From assembly GCA_046346705.1 (NCBI GenBank), contig JAXMHR010000010.1, positions 141,602 to 205,601 on the forward strand: a stretch of 64,000 nt of DNA, in the 5' to 3' direction. A model generated the notes under the pieces. It saw only the letters and a list, made by a program, of their open reading frames with translations. It was not told the origin of the DNA and ran no database searches. The translations under genes and the position numbers were made by a program. Positions 1-9,872 of the stretch are shown here, in pieces. Position 1 is the first letter of the stretch. Each line of letters starts with the position of its first letter. Source of the stretch: Verrucomicrobiota bacterium (GTDB lineage: Bacteria; Verrucomicrobiota; Verrucomicrobiia; Limisphaerales; UBA9464).

Positions 1-1586
1 ATAACGGAGCCTACGGCGAGAAACTCCTTCCCGAAACTATGGGGAGTGGAGCGGCGTTTCTGGACATGGACGGGGACGGAGATTCCGACCTCCTTTTCGT
101 AAACTCCACCACCTGGCCAGGACACGAGGCAGCGGGCGGGAAGCCGTCGACCGCTGCCCTGTATCAAAATGATGGCACGGGGAAATTCACCGACGTGACG
201 GCGGGATCGGGATTGGATGTCCCCCTATACGCGATGGGCGTGGCGACGGGCGACTATGACAACGATGGTCTTCCCGATGTCCTGATCACCACGGTTGGCG
301 GGGCGCGCCTGTTCCACAACGAGGGTCATGGAAAGTTCACCGACGTGACGGCGTCCGCGGGCGTGGGGGGGGATCCGAAGGATTGGAGCACCGCGGCGAC
401 CTTTTTCGACATGGACAACGACGGCGACCTGGACCTGTTTGTTGGGAATTATGTTCGCTGGTCTCGGGACATCGACGCCCAGGTGGGATACAAGATCGAT
501 GGCACGCATCGGGCGTATGGTCCGCCAATGAACTTCCAAGGCGCCTTTCCCCGGTTGTACCGCAATGATGGCCGGGGGAAGTTTACCGACGTGTCCGCCG
601 CCTCCGGGGTCCAGGTGAAGAACCCCTCCACCGGGGTTCCGATGGCCAAGACGCTCGGGGTGTCCCCGATGGACGTCGATGGTGATGGATGGACGGATCT
701 CGCCGTGGCCAACGACACGGTTCAGAATCTCCTGTTCCGGAACAAGCATGATGGGACTTTTGAAGAGGTCGGGGCGTTGAGCGGATTTGCCTTCGACAGC
801 TACGGGAATGTCCGGGGAGCCATGGGCATCGATGCCTGCCGATTCACCAAGGATGGAAGAATTGGATTCGCCATCGGCAATTTCGCCAACGAAATGACGG
901 CCCTCTGCGTATCCCAGCCCACTCCCGGCGGAAGTGCCCACCCACTCTTTGCGGATGAGGCCATCGGTTGGGGAATTGGCGGGCCCAGCCGGGATCCCTT
1001 GAAGTTCGGCATCTTCTTTTTCGACTATGATCTCGACGGCCGTTCGGACCTCCTCAGTGTCAACGGGCACCTTGAGGAGGAGATCAGTAAGATTCAGAAC
1101 GGACAACGCTACCAGCAGCCGGCGCAACTGTTCTGGAATGCCGGGGACTCCGGTTTCACTCCGGTTCAAGGCGAGCAGGCGGGTCCGGATATTTTCCGGC
1201 CCCTCGTTGGACGGGGGAGCGCCTATGCGGATATCGATGGAGATGGAGATCTCGACGTCGTGTTCACCCAGGCGCAGGGCGCCCCGTTGCTGCTGCGGAA
1301 TGACCAGGCCCTGGGGAATCATTTCGTTCGGCTGAAACTGTCGGGATCTTCATCGAATCGGGACGCCGTCGGCGCGCGGGTAAAGTTGACGGCCAATGGC
1401 GAATCCCAATGGAGGGATGTCACTTCGACCCGCAGCTACCTGAGTTCGAGCGAACTACCCGTGACTTTTGGACTGGGTAAGGCAACGACTGTTGAAGGGG
1501 TCGAAATCATCTGGCCCGGAGGAAAACAACAGAAGTTGGATGGAATTCCCCTGGATCGTCTGTCCGTGGTTCAGGAACCGAAATAG
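1..1586 (+). CDS. FG-GAP/VCBS repeat protein with C-terminal ASPIC/UnbV domain (CRTAC1 family), 5' end cut by the window edge
   Basis: The frame is open from nt 3, with no stop before the ATG at 39. Repeated FG-GAP calcium-loop motifs are present (DMDGDGDSDLLF, DYDNDGLPDVLI, DMDNDGDLDLFV, DVDGDGWTDLAV, DIDGDGDLDVVF). The C-terminal signature 'NRDAVGARVKL..RSYLSSSELPVTFGLG' matches UnbV/ASPIC. Confidence 0.8.
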   Translation, partial: NGAYGEKLLPETMGSGAAFLDMDGDGDSDLLFVNSTTWPGHEAAGGKPSTAALYQNDGTGKFTDVTAGSGLDVPLYAMGVATGDYDNDGLPDVLITTVGGARLFHNEGHGKFTDVTASAGVGGDPKDWSTAATFFDMDNDGDLDLFVGNYVRWSRDIDAQVGYKIDGTHRAYGPPMNFQGAFPRLYRNDGRGKFTDVSAASGVQVKNPSTGVPMAKTLGVSPMDVDGDGWTDLAVANDTVQNLLFRNKHDGTFEEVGALSGFAFDSYGNVRGAMGIDACRFTKDGRIGFAIGNFANEMTALCVSQPTPGGSAHPLFADEAIGWGIGGPSRDPLKFGIFFFDYDLDGRSDLLSVNGHLEEEISKIQNGQRYQQPAQLFWNAGDSGFTPVQGEQAGPDIFRPLVGRGSAYADIDGDGDLDVVFTQAQGAPLLLRNDQALGNHFVRLKLSGSSSNRDAVGARVKLTANGESQWRDVTSTRSYLSSSELPVTFGLGKATTVEGVEIIWPGGKQQKLDGIPLDRLSVVQEPK

Positions 1587-1783
1587 CCCAACGAGCCTGG
1601 TCTGGTCTCGGGATGGGTCCCCGTACCTCCGGGTAGAAATTGGAGCCCATCGCCCGATGTTTTCCGATTCCCTTCGAATCGTGAAAACAGCGGCTTCGTC
1701 GGGTACCTGCGCTTGCCTCCGAACGGGTTTCGAGGGTAAGAATGGGGAGTACAGCTCCCCAGAATCCTTTTCCGGAAGTCTCC

Positions 1784-3145
1784 ATGTTGACGATCCTAGG
1801 ATCCAAACCGGCCGGCAGCGCCTATTGCGACGGCATTTCGCGTCGCAATTTCCTGCGGGTGGGAGCCTTGGGGTTGGGGGGACTTGCCCTGCCTGGCGTG
1901 CTGCAGGCGGAGTCGTCGGTTGGAATCAGGAGTGCCGGCAACGGGCACAAGGCGGTCATCATGATTTTCCTGCCGGGAGGGCCATCCCATCAGGACATGT
2001 TCGACCTCAAGCTGGACGCGCCCTCGGAGGTCCGGGGGGAGTTTAAACCAATCCCGACCAACGTCCCGGGGATCCAGATTTGTGAGCACCTTCCCCGATT
2101 GGCCCGACTCGCTGACAAATACACGGTGATCCGGTCCGTCGTGGGAATGGAGGATCGACACGAATCATTCCAGTGCTACACCGGCCGCCTGAACCGCAAT
2201 CAACCTCCCGGGGGGTGGCCCTCGATGGGTTCGCTTTTGACTCGGGTCCAGGGTGCCGGGGACCCTTCATTGCCCGCCTTCGTGGGGTTGGCTCCTAAAA
2301 TGGGGCATGTGCCTTGGTCGGACAACGGCGTTGCCGGGTTTTTGGGGCCTGCCTGCGCTCCCTTTGAGATCAACAAGGGAGGGGGCAAGGACGACATGGT
2401 CTTGAACGGAATCACCCTCGACCGGCTTTCCGATCGACGGTCGCTCCTCACGGCCTTGGATACTTTCCGGCGCGAGGTGGATGTCGGCGGCCAGATCGCT
2501 GGATTGGATGCCTACACGCAGCAGGCGTTCGGAATTTTGACGTCGAGCCGAATGGTGGAGGCCTTGGATTTCCGTCGGGAGGATCCCCGCGTGATTGAGC
2601 GATACGGCAAGGGAGATCCGAAGAACCGGGATGACGGTGCCCCCAAGCTGATGGAGCACTTTCTGGTGGCCCGACGACTGGTCGAGGCGGGAGTCCGGTG
2701 TGTAACCCTGGCGTTCAGCCGCTGGGACCATCACGGCGACAACTTTGGAGCGCTGCGACAGGATCTTCCCCTGCTGGATCAGGGATTGAGCGCGCTCATC
2801 CAGGATCTGCAGGATCGGGGGCTCGACCGGGATGTCACGGTCCTTGTGGCGGGAGAGTTTGGTCGGACGCCCACCATCAACAAGGATGGCGGACGCGACC
2901 ACTGGCCCCGGGTCAGCTTTGCGTTGATGGCGGGTGGTGGTCTCAAACACGGCCAGGTCATCGGTTCAACCGACCGACTGGGGGGGGAAGCAGCGTCCCG
3001 TCCCGTCACCTTTGGAGAAATCCATGCCACCGTTTACCACGCGCTCGGACTTGATGTGAACAAGGTGACCATCAACGACCTGACCGGACGACCCCAATTC
3101 CTGGTTCCGGATGGCTGCCAACCCATGAAGGAATTGGTGGGATGA
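1784..3145 (+). CDS. DUF1501 domain protein (sulfatase/phosphatase-like fold) with Tat-type leader
   Basis: Twin-arginine leader 'ISRRNFLRVGALGLGGLALPG'. Hallmarks 'FLPGGPSHQDMFDLK', 'SRWDHHGDNF' and 'GEFGRTPTINKDGGRDHWP'. I moved the start from the ORF-track ATG at 1742 to the ATG at 1784 by alignment with the paralog at 3177 (MLTI..). Confidence 0.85.
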   Translation: MLTILGSKPAGSAYCDGISRRNFLRVGALGLGGLALPGVLQAESSVGIRSAGNGHKAVIMIFLPGGPSHQDMFDLKLDAPSEVRGEFKPIPTNVPGIQICEHLPRLARLADKYTVIRSVVGMEDRHESFQCYTGRLNRNQPPGGWPSMGSLLTRVQGAGDPSLPAFVGLAPKMGHVPWSDNGVAGFLGPACAPFEINKGGGKDDMVLNGITLDRLSDRRSLLTALDTFRREVDVGGQIAGLDAYTQQAFGILTSSRMVEALDFRREDPRVIERYGKGDPKNRDDGAPKLMEHFLVARRLVEAGVRCVTLAFSRWDHHGDNFGALRQDLPLLDQGLSALIQDLQDRGLDRDVTVLVAGEFGRTPTINKDGGRDHWPRVSFALMAGGGLKHGQVIGSTDRLGGEAASRPVTFGEIHATVYHALGLDVNKVTINDLTGRPQFLVPDGCQPMKELVG

Positions 3146-3176
3146 ATCCGACGCTCCCTTTCCCCGATCCATACCC

Positions 3177-4514
3177 ATGCTGACCATCCCTGGACAGGCG
3201 GCCCGATTTTGCGACGGCGTGACCCGCCGAAACTTCCTTCGCATCGGTGCATTGGGCATGGGAGGCATCGCCATCCCGCAATTGCTCCGCGCCGAGACGG
3301 CTTCCGGGCTTCGTTCGGGCCAGAAGGCGGTGATCATGGTCTACCTGCCGGGTGGACCGCCCCACCAGGACACCTTTGATTTGAAGATGGAGGCGCCGGC
3401 GGAGATCCGCGGCGAATTCAAGCCGATTCCGACCAACGTCCCGGGGACGCAGATCTGCGAATTGCTGCCGCGGCTCGCGAAGATCACCGACCAGTACACC
3501 ATCGTCCGCTCCATCGCTGACGCCGTGGACGACCACTCGGACTTCATGTGCCAGACCGGACGCCGAAAGGGAAACCAGCCTCCGGGGGGGTGGCCAACGA
3601 TGGGCGCCACAGTATCCCGGGTGCTCGGTCCTGCCGATCCGGCCGTCCCTGCCTTCGTGGGGCTCGAACCCCGGATGCAGCATCGCCCCTATAACGCGGC
3701 GACCGCAGGCTATGCCGGAGTCTCCCACGACGCCTTCCGGCCCGCGGCCGATGCGAAGGGGGACATGGTCCTCAATGGCATCACCACGGATCGCCTGAGC
3801 GACCGCCGGGCCCTGTTGACCGCCTTCGATCGGTTCCGTCGGGACGTGGATTCATCGGGATTGATGGCCGGATTGGATGGATTCAACCAACAGGCCTTCG
3901 GGATGCTGACCTCCAGCCGGTTGCTTCAGGCCCTAGACTTGAAGAATGAGGATCCCCGGCTGCTGGAGCGCTATGGCAAGGGAGACGCAAAGGTGCATGG
4001 CGATGCCGCGCCGATGCTGAATGAGCAATTCCTGGTGGCCCGGCGTCTGGTGGAGGCCGGAGCCCGATTTGTGACGGTGGCGTATGGGTTCTGGGATTAT
4101 CACGGCAACAACTTCGGGAACGCCCGAAATGATCTTCCGATGCTCGATCAGGGACTGAGTGCCCTGTTTCAGGACTTGAAGGACCGGGGTTTGGATCACG
4201 ACGTCAGCGTCGTCGTCTGGAGTGAATTCGGCAGGTCCCCGACCATCAACAAGGACGCGGGACGCGATCACTGGCCGCGGGCGAACTGTGCACTGCTTGC
4301 GGGAGGTGGAATGAAGATGGGACAGGTCATCGGGGCGACCGACCGGCTTGGGGGCGAACCCAGCGAACGGCCGGTTCTGTTCGGGGAAATTTTCGCAACC
4401 CTTTATCACACGCTCGGAATCGACGTGAACAAGGTGACTATTCCCGATTTGACAGGGCGTCCCCAATTTCTGGTGCCGGACGGATGTCAGCCCATGAAGG
4501 AGTTGGTGGGATGA
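3177..4514 (+). CDS. DUF1501 domain protein, tandem paralog of 1784..3145
   Basis: Leader 'VTRRNFLRIGALGMGGIAIPQL'. Motifs 'YLPGGPPHQDTFDLK', 'GFWDYHGNNF' and 'SEFGRSPTINKDAGRDHWP'. It shares the C-terminus 'LTGRPQFLVPDGCQPMKELVG' with the upstream copy, but synonymous sites differ. Confidence 0.85.
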   Translation: MLTIPGQAARFCDGVTRRNFLRIGALGMGGIAIPQLLRAETASGLRSGQKAVIMVYLPGGPPHQDTFDLKMEAPAEIRGEFKPIPTNVPGTQICELLPRLAKITDQYTIVRSIADAVDDHSDFMCQTGRRKGNQPPGGWPTMGATVSRVLGPADPAVPAFVGLEPRMQHRPYNAATAGYAGVSHDAFRPAADAKGDMVLNGITTDRLSDRRALLTAFDRFRRDVDSSGLMAGLDGFNQQAFGMLTSSRLLQALDLKNEDPRLLERYGKGDAKVHGDAAPMLNEQFLVARRLVEAGARFVTVAYGFWDYHGNNFGNARNDLPMLDQGLSALFQDLKDRGLDHDVSVVVWSEFGRSPTINKDAGRDHWPRANCALLAGGGMKMGQVIGATDRLGGEPSERPVLFGEIFATLYHTLGIDVNKVTIPDLTGRPQFLVPDGCQPMKELVG

Positions 4515-7096
4515 AAAGGAATTCGATGGCTCGCGTTTTTCGGCCGAGCGCCTTCTGGCTTTTGCTGCTCGGAACAGGCCTATGCTCCGCCCTGCCGAAT
4601 GGAGCTGCAGCGCCGCTCTCCATCCAGTTCCGATCGGGCGCGACCAACCTGTCTCTGAACTCGGCGGATGCCCACCAGCAATTGCTGGCCACCGGGGCGG
4701 GGGATCTCGACCTGACGCGGACGGTTACTTGGACTTCCTCACCGGAGGGCGTGGTCGCGATCGACAAGAGCGGTCGGGTAACTCCGGTGTCCGACGGCGC
4801 TGCTACCGTGGTGGCCACCACGGCGGCGGGCGTCTCCGCGACGTTCCCGGTGTCGGTCACTCATTCCGGAAGCCCTGCTCCCATTCATTTTGCCAACCAG
4901 ATTGTTCCCGTATTCACCAAGTACGGATGCAACGGCGGCGGATGTCATGGCAAGGCGGCGGGACAAAACGGGTTCCGCCTGTCGCTCCTCGGCTTTGAAC
5001 CTGGAGAGGACTATGAGCATTTGGTCAAGGAGGCCCGGGGCCGGCGGCTGTTTCCGGCCGCACCCGAGCGCAGCCTGTTGTTGACCAAGGGGACCGCCCA
5101 GGTGCCGCATGGGGGTGGACGACGCATCGAACCCGGCTCGGACGATTATAAACTCCTCGTTCGATGGATTGCACAGGGAATGCCTCTCGGTGCTGCGGAC
5201 GCTCCGGCGGTCACCCGCGTCGAAGTTTTTCCCACCGAACGGACACTGCCGCTCAACGGGGAGCAGCAGTTGGTCGTGACAGCGCATTACGCGGATGGTT
5301 CAACGGAGGATGTCACGCGGAGCGCCCTTTATGAGCCGAATGACAAGGACATGGCGTCCGCGGATTCCCTGGGCCGGGTGCACGTTTTCAACCAACCGGG
5401 TGAAGTGGCAGTGATGGTCCGTTACCAGGGCAAGGTGGCGGTCTTCCGCGGAACCGTTCCCCTCGGAGTCGAAGTCGCCTCCTTGCCTCCGGCCCGTACC
5501 TTCGTGGATGAGTTGGTCTTCAAGCAGCTGAAAAAGGTCGGGCTCCCGCCAAGCGAAGTCGCGGATGACTCCACATTCCTGAGGCGTGTCACGATCGACA
5601 TTGCGGGACGGCTCCCCACCGTTGAGGAGCAGGATGCGTTCCTCAAGGACTGCGCCCAACGGCGTCAGGGGGCTTTGAAGCCGTCCGATGACCGCATCCC
5701 GGCTGAACCGACTCCGGCGACCGCGGCCGCCCGGGAAGCCGTCATCGACCGGCTCCTGGCAAGTCCGGACTACGCGGAATACTTTGCCAACAAGTGGTCC
5801 GCCCTTCTGCGAAACCGACGGAGCGATGGCAGGCAGGCCCGGGGAACGCTCGCGTTCCACGACTGGATCCGGGAGTCGATGCTTCGCAATAAGCCCTACG
5901 ACCGCTTTGTCCGGGAAATCATCACCGCCACCGGAGATATTCAGGAGAATCCCCCGGTGGCCTGGTATCGACAGGTGAAGTCCCTGCAAAATCAACTGGA
6001 GGACACCGCACAGCTGTTCCTCGGGCAGCGGCTTCAGTGCGCCCAATGTCATCACCACCCTTACGAGCGCTGGAGTCAGGCGGATTACTGGGGATTTGGA
6101 GCGTTCTTTTCCCAGGTCTCCTACCGCCCGGGGACTCAGCCGGGGGAGGAAACCTTGGTGCATCGACGCGGAATGCCCCAGGCGACCAACAAAAAGACCG
6201 GCAAGCCAGTCCCGCCAGCCGGACTCGGGGATCCCATTTCGGGACTCTCACCGGATCAGGATCCTCGCGAAGCCCTGGCCGATTGGATGACCAGCCCCGA
6301 GAACCGCTTCCTCGCCCGGGCCCTGGTGAACCGCTATTGGAAGCACTTTTTCAATCGGGGTCTGATCGACCCGGAGGACGACGTTCGCGATACCAATCCT
6401 GCCACAAATCCGGAATTGCTCGACGCGTTGGCGTCCCATTTTGTGAAAAGTGGTTTTGACCTTAAGGAACTGGTCCGGACCCTGGCGCGGTCCACCGTCT
6501 ATCAGTTGAGCGCCGTTCCGAACGCCCACAACGCCCGGGACCGTCATCACTTCTCCCGGTATTATCCCAGGCGCCTCAATGCCGAAGTGCTTTACGATTC
6601 CTTGAACCTGTTGGCGGGAACCGACGTGAAGTTTGACAGCCTCCCGCCGGGGACCCGGGCGGTGGCGCTCCCCGACAACAGCTTCAACGCCGGCAATTAC
6701 TTTTTGACCGTGTTTGGGCGTCCGGACAGCGCGAGCGCGTGCGAATGCGAACGAAGCGCGGATGCATCCCTCAGCCAGAGTCTTCATCTGTTAAATGCAA
6801 AGGACATTCAGGATCGCCTTGCCTCGGAGTCCGGCCGGGCGATGCGTCTGGCCCGTGAACCGGAGAGTGCCGACGCGGGCAGCATCACCCGCCTTTACCA
6901 ACTCGCCTATGCGCGGAGACCGCAACCGGACGAGTTGAAGATTTCCCTCGATTACCTCGCGAAGAGAACTGCGGCCGCGAAGTCCGGAAAGGACGAGGCG
7001 GAAACCGTGGCCAACCGGCTCAAAGCACGGCGCGAGGGGTTTGAAGATACACTTTGGGCGCTCCTCAACACGAAGGAGTTCCTGTTCAATCATTGA
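4511..7096 (+). CDS. DUF1549/DUF1553 (PSCyt2/PSD1-type) protein with two Big_2-like Ig domains and a cytochrome-like CX4CH segment
   Basis: The start ATG overlaps the upstream TGA (ATGA at 4511-4514). Signal peptide 'ARVFRPSAFWLLLLGTGLCSA'. Big_2-like segments ('VTWTSSPEGVVAIDKSGRVTPVSDGAATVVA', 'LVVTAHYADGSTEDVT'). 'KYGCNGGGCHGK' segment. DUF1549 core 'RLQCAQCHHHPYERW'. DUF1553-like C-terminal half. Confidence 0.85.
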   Translation: MKRNSMARVFRPSAFWLLLLGTGLCSALPNGAAAPLSIQFRSGATNLSLNSADAHQQLLATGAGDLDLTRTVTWTSSPEGVVAIDKSGRVTPVSDGAATVVATTAAGVSATFPVSVTHSGSPAPIHFANQIVPVFTKYGCNGGGCHGKAAGQNGFRLSLLGFEPGEDYEHLVKEARGRRLFPAAPERSLLLTKGTAQVPHGGGRRIEPGSDDYKLLVRWIAQGMPLGAADAPAVTRVEVFPTERTLPLNGEQQLVVTAHYADGSTEDVTRSALYEPNDKDMASADSLGRVHVFNQPGEVAVMVRYQGKVAVFRGTVPLGVEVASLPPARTFVDELVFKQLKKVGLPPSEVADDSTFLRRVTIDIAGRLPTVEEQDAFLKDCAQRRQGALKPSDDRIPAEPTPATAAAREAVIDRLLASPDYAEYFANKWSALLRNRRSDGRQARGTLAFHDWIRESMLRNKPYDRFVREIITATGDIQENPPVAWYRQVKSLQNQLEDTAQLFLGQRLQCAQCHHHPYERWSQADYWGFGAFFSQVSYRPGTQPGEETLVHRRGMPQATNKKTGKPVPPAGLGDPISGLSPDQDPREALADWMTSPENRFLARALVNRYWKHFFNRGLIDPEDDVRDTNPATNPELLDALASHFVKSGFDLKELVRTLARSTVYQLSAVPNAHNARDRHHFSRYYPRRLNAEVLYDSLNLLAGTDVKFDSLPPGTRAVALPDNSFNAGNYFLTVFGRPDSASACECERSADASLSQSLHLLNAKDIQDRLASESGRAMRLAREPESADAGSITRLYQLAYARRPQPDELKISLDYLAKRTAAAKSGKDEAETVANRLKARREGFEDTLWALLNTKEFLFNH

Positions 7097-7144
7097 AACC
7101 CGGCGGACCCGTTGCGGCAGTCCCGCATCAACCAAGTCACTCAC

Positions 7145-7471
7145 ATGCACGTCACGACGACCTTCGAGTTTCAGGGATACCGGATCACCGAGTACAAGGG
7201 CATGGTGCGGGGGATCATTGTCCGTTCCCCAACGATCACCCAGGGAATCCTTGGCGGATTGAAGAACCTCGTGGGCGGCAACATTGGCGCTTACACGGAG
7301 ATGTGTGAACAGGCCCGCCAGCAGGCCCATGATTCGATGATCGCCCACGCCGCGTCTCTGGGCGCGAACGCTGTAGTTGGTGTTCGTTATGACGCCACCG
7401 AGTTGGGAGGGCAGGCGACGGCCACGGAAGTCCTCTGCTACGGAACGGCCGTGGTGGTCACGAGGAGCTGA
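7145..7471 (+). CDS. ybjQ: YbjQ/UPF0145 family heavy-metal-binding-domain protein
   Basis: Full-length resemblance to the YbjQ family: '[62 protein letters not shown]'. Start placed at the internal ATG at 7145. Confidence 0.85.
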   Translation: MHVTTTFEFQGYRITEYKGMVRGIIVRSPTITQGILGGLKNLVGGNIGAYTEMCEQARQQAHDSMIAHAASLGANAVVGVRYDATELGGQATATEVLCYGTAVVVTRS

Positions 7472-7624
7472 CCAGGCCCACGGACGCCATCCGATTCCTC
7501 TCTTTACCGGGGGCATGGCGTTGGAAGGGGAATGGGCCGCTGTTCCCAGGGTCGGCGACTTCTCAATTGCCGCGGGGTAGGGAAAGCGGGTACCCGGAGG
7601 GTGGTGAATTCTGATTCCACATCC

Positions 7625-8851
7625 ATGCGTTCCCATTCGGCCGACTTCCGAAGGAGTCGGCCACCCGAGTTGGTGGTGGACCGAACCGGATGGAAGACGC
7701 CCTGGGTCCACCTGAAGTACTACAGTTCGAGTCCGACCCTTTACCCGGCGATGATTCGGGACGCGTCGCCCGATGCAGAGCCCGGATCCTGGGTTCAGGT
7801 TTACGACCGCGATGGGCGCCATTTTGGGGCAGGCCTGTGGAATCCCAAGGCCCGGGTCCCATTGCGGATGGTGCATTACGGGATGGAGCCTGCCGGTGAG
7901 GAGGAATTGCAACGACTCCTCGAACAGGCAGTCCATTTCCGCCTGACCTCGCTCAATCTTCCGGCGGTGACCGACGCCTTTCGCGTGGTGAATTCCGACG
8001 GCGACGGACTCGGTGGCCTCATCGTGGACCGTTTCGGCGACTGCCTCAGCGTACAGGTTCACAGCCTGGGAATGGCACGAAGGATCGAAGGGTGGATTCC
8101 GATGTTGCACGCCCAGTTGGGCACGAAGAGGGCGATCTTCGAAGTGGATCCCGCGATTGGGCGTCAGGAGGGGATTTCCCCAAAGCTTCTCAAATCCGAT
8201 CCGGTTCGTTCCGTGAAGATCCAGGAGCATGGACTCCGGTACGAGGTGGACTTTTCGACCGGACACAAGACCGGGTATTTTTGTGACCAACGGGACAACC
8301 GCCGGCGGCTAACCGGGATCACAGAAGGGAAGCGGGTGCTCGACCTGTGTTGTTACACGGGTGGTTTTTCGATTTCCGCCAAGGTCACCGGAAAAGCCGC
8401 GGAGGTCACCGGAGTCGACCTCGATGAAAAGGCGATATCGCAGGCCCGACGCAACATGAACCTGAATTCGGCGCGGATCGACTGGGTTCACTGCGACGCC
8501 TACAGCTACGCGCGACAGATGAGGAAGGATGGCCGCCGCTTTGACGTCGTGGTGCTGGACCCGCCGAAACTGGTGTTTGACCGAGAATCGGAGGCGGAAG
8601 CCCTCAGGAAGTACGAGGATTTGAACATTCTCGGAATTTCGATCACCGAGCCGGGAGGATTCCTGGTGACCTGCTCCTGTTCGGGACAACTTCCCGCCGA
8701 GGAGTTCGAACGCATCGTGATTCGCGGAGCGCAAAAACTGGATCGCAAGCTCCAGATTCTCGACCGGACGGGTGCCGGCTGGGATCACCCGGTCCTGTCC
8801 AACTGTCCCGAAGGCCGTTACCTGAAAGTGATCTGGGCGCGGGTGCTTTAA
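7625..8851 (+). CDS. rlmI: Class I SAM-dependent rRNA methyltransferase, RlmI-like (PUA + PF10672-type methyltransferase)
   Basis: 'KTGYFCDQRDNRRRL', SAM motif I 'VLDLCCYTGGFS', 'DVVVLDPPK', 'GGFLVTCSCS'. The start is uncertain: ORF-track ATG at 7532, more likely ATG at 7625. Confidence 0.7.
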   Translation: MRSHSADFRRSRPPELVVDRTGWKTPWVHLKYYSSSPTLYPAMIRDASPDAEPGSWVQVYDRDGRHFGAGLWNPKARVPLRMVHYGMEPAGEEELQRLLEQAVHFRLTSLNLPAVTDAFRVVNSDGDGLGGLIVDRFGDCLSVQVHSLGMARRIEGWIPMLHAQLGTKRAIFEVDPAIGRQEGISPKLLKSDPVRSVKIQEHGLRYEVDFSTGHKTGYFCDQRDNRRRLTGITEGKRVLDLCCYTGGFSISAKVTGKAAEVTGVDLDEKAISQARRNMNLNSARIDWVHCDAYSYARQMRKDGRRFDVVVLDPPKLVFDRESEAEALRKYEDLNILGISITEPGGFLVTCSCSGQLPAEEFERIVIRGAQKLDRKLQILDRTGAGWDHPVLSNCPEGRYLKVIWARVL

Positions 8852-8893
8852 GCGAGCGCGGGAGTCACCTGTCTTGGTTTTGACTCCACAGTT

Positions 8894-9847
8894 TCACCGG
8901 TCCTTGGCGAGGAATTCGCAGATCACCGGCCGGTGATCGGAGGCCAGTCCCCATTTGGGCGTGGAAAGGACATAGCTTCCCTCCGGCCGCCACTCTTTGG
9001 CAATTCCCCGACTCATTAGGATATAGTCGATCCGACTGTACGTGTCCTCCTTTCCGTAGTGGTGAGTCCACGTCACGGCTCGGGGACCCTCGGATTGCGG
9101 GCATCCCTCCCCTCGCTCCCCAGGCCTTGGGTCGAGCAACGTGGATCGACCGCGGCCGATCAGGGTTCGAATCGTCGGGGAATCCTGCGTATCGTTGAAG
9201 TCGCCACAAACGATTACATTGGCCTGAGGATAGTTCTCGAGGATGCCATCCACGGTCCGCCGTAGGACTCGGGACTCGGCCTCCCGCATTTCGGCCTCGT
9301 CGGCCAGGACAGACTGCCGCCGGGACTTCAGATGGGTTGTGATCAGCGTGAACCGATACCGGGGAGAGACTTCAATTTCGAGTTCCGCGATTCCACGGCT
9401 TGTAAAGAAGCGCCGTCCATTTAACAGATAGGATTCTCGGACATGGGGCCGGCGGGCAGCAAAGGGAAATCGGCTGAGCACTCCCACGAAGATGTTGGTG
9501 TCCCAACCCGCCACGTGCTCGACGTGCGGAAAGGATACGCCGCGCTCCAAAAGGCGGGCCCGCAGATCCTCCAGCGCGTCGCGGTCGCCAATCTCCTGCA
9601 TCGCCAAAACATCGGGACGAATCGCGACGATCTCGTCAATCACTTGACGTCGGCTTTCCGGGGTCTTCGTGGTGCGGTTGCCAAACGGGTGGAGGTGATA
9701 GTTTTCGAGGTTGAACGTGGCCACCCGGAAGACCTCGGCATCCCCGGCGAAAACGGAGAATCCGCCGAAGCCCAGTACGGCGAAAAGCGAAACAAGAACG
9801 AAGCGAGGCATCCTGGGCATTGGATTCAGGCGATTTCGGGGATCCAT
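8894..9847 (-). CDS. Secreted endonuclease/exonuclease/phosphatase (EEP) family protein
   Basis: Signal peptide 'MPRFVLVSLFAVLGFGGFSVFAG'. EEP motifs 'RVATFNLENY', 'DVLAMQEI', 'VCGDFND', 'SDHRPV'. Alternative starts at 9820 and 9811. Confidence 0.7.
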   Translation of the reverse strand: MDPRNRLNPMPRMPRFVLVSLFAVLGFGGFSVFAGDAEVFRVATFNLENYHLHPFGNRTTKTPESRRQVIDEIVAIRPDVLAMQEIGDRDALEDLRARLLERGVSFPHVEHVAGWDTNIFVGVLSRFPFAARRPHVRESYLLNGRRFFTSRGIAELEIEVSPRYRFTLITTHLKSRRQSVLADEAEMREAESRVLRRTVDGILENYPQANVIVCGDFNDTQDSPTIRTLIGRGRSTLLDPRPGERGEGCPQSEGPRAVTWTHHYGKEDTYSRIDYILMSRGIAKEWRPEGSYVLSTPKWGLASDHRPVICEFLAKDR

Positions 9848-9872
9848 CCCGGCCTGGCTGCACCGGGTGGCA

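Noticed and set aside
6791-8290. 499-aa ORF on the - strand
   Set aside because: It is antisense to the end of the DUF1553 gene, ybjQ and the RlmI-like gene. It has no domain signatures and is a shadow ORF.
9150-9185. GGTTCGAATC T-loop-like string that might indicate a tRNA
   Set aside because: It lies inside the EEP coding frame. The flanking bases do not form T-arm or acceptor stems.
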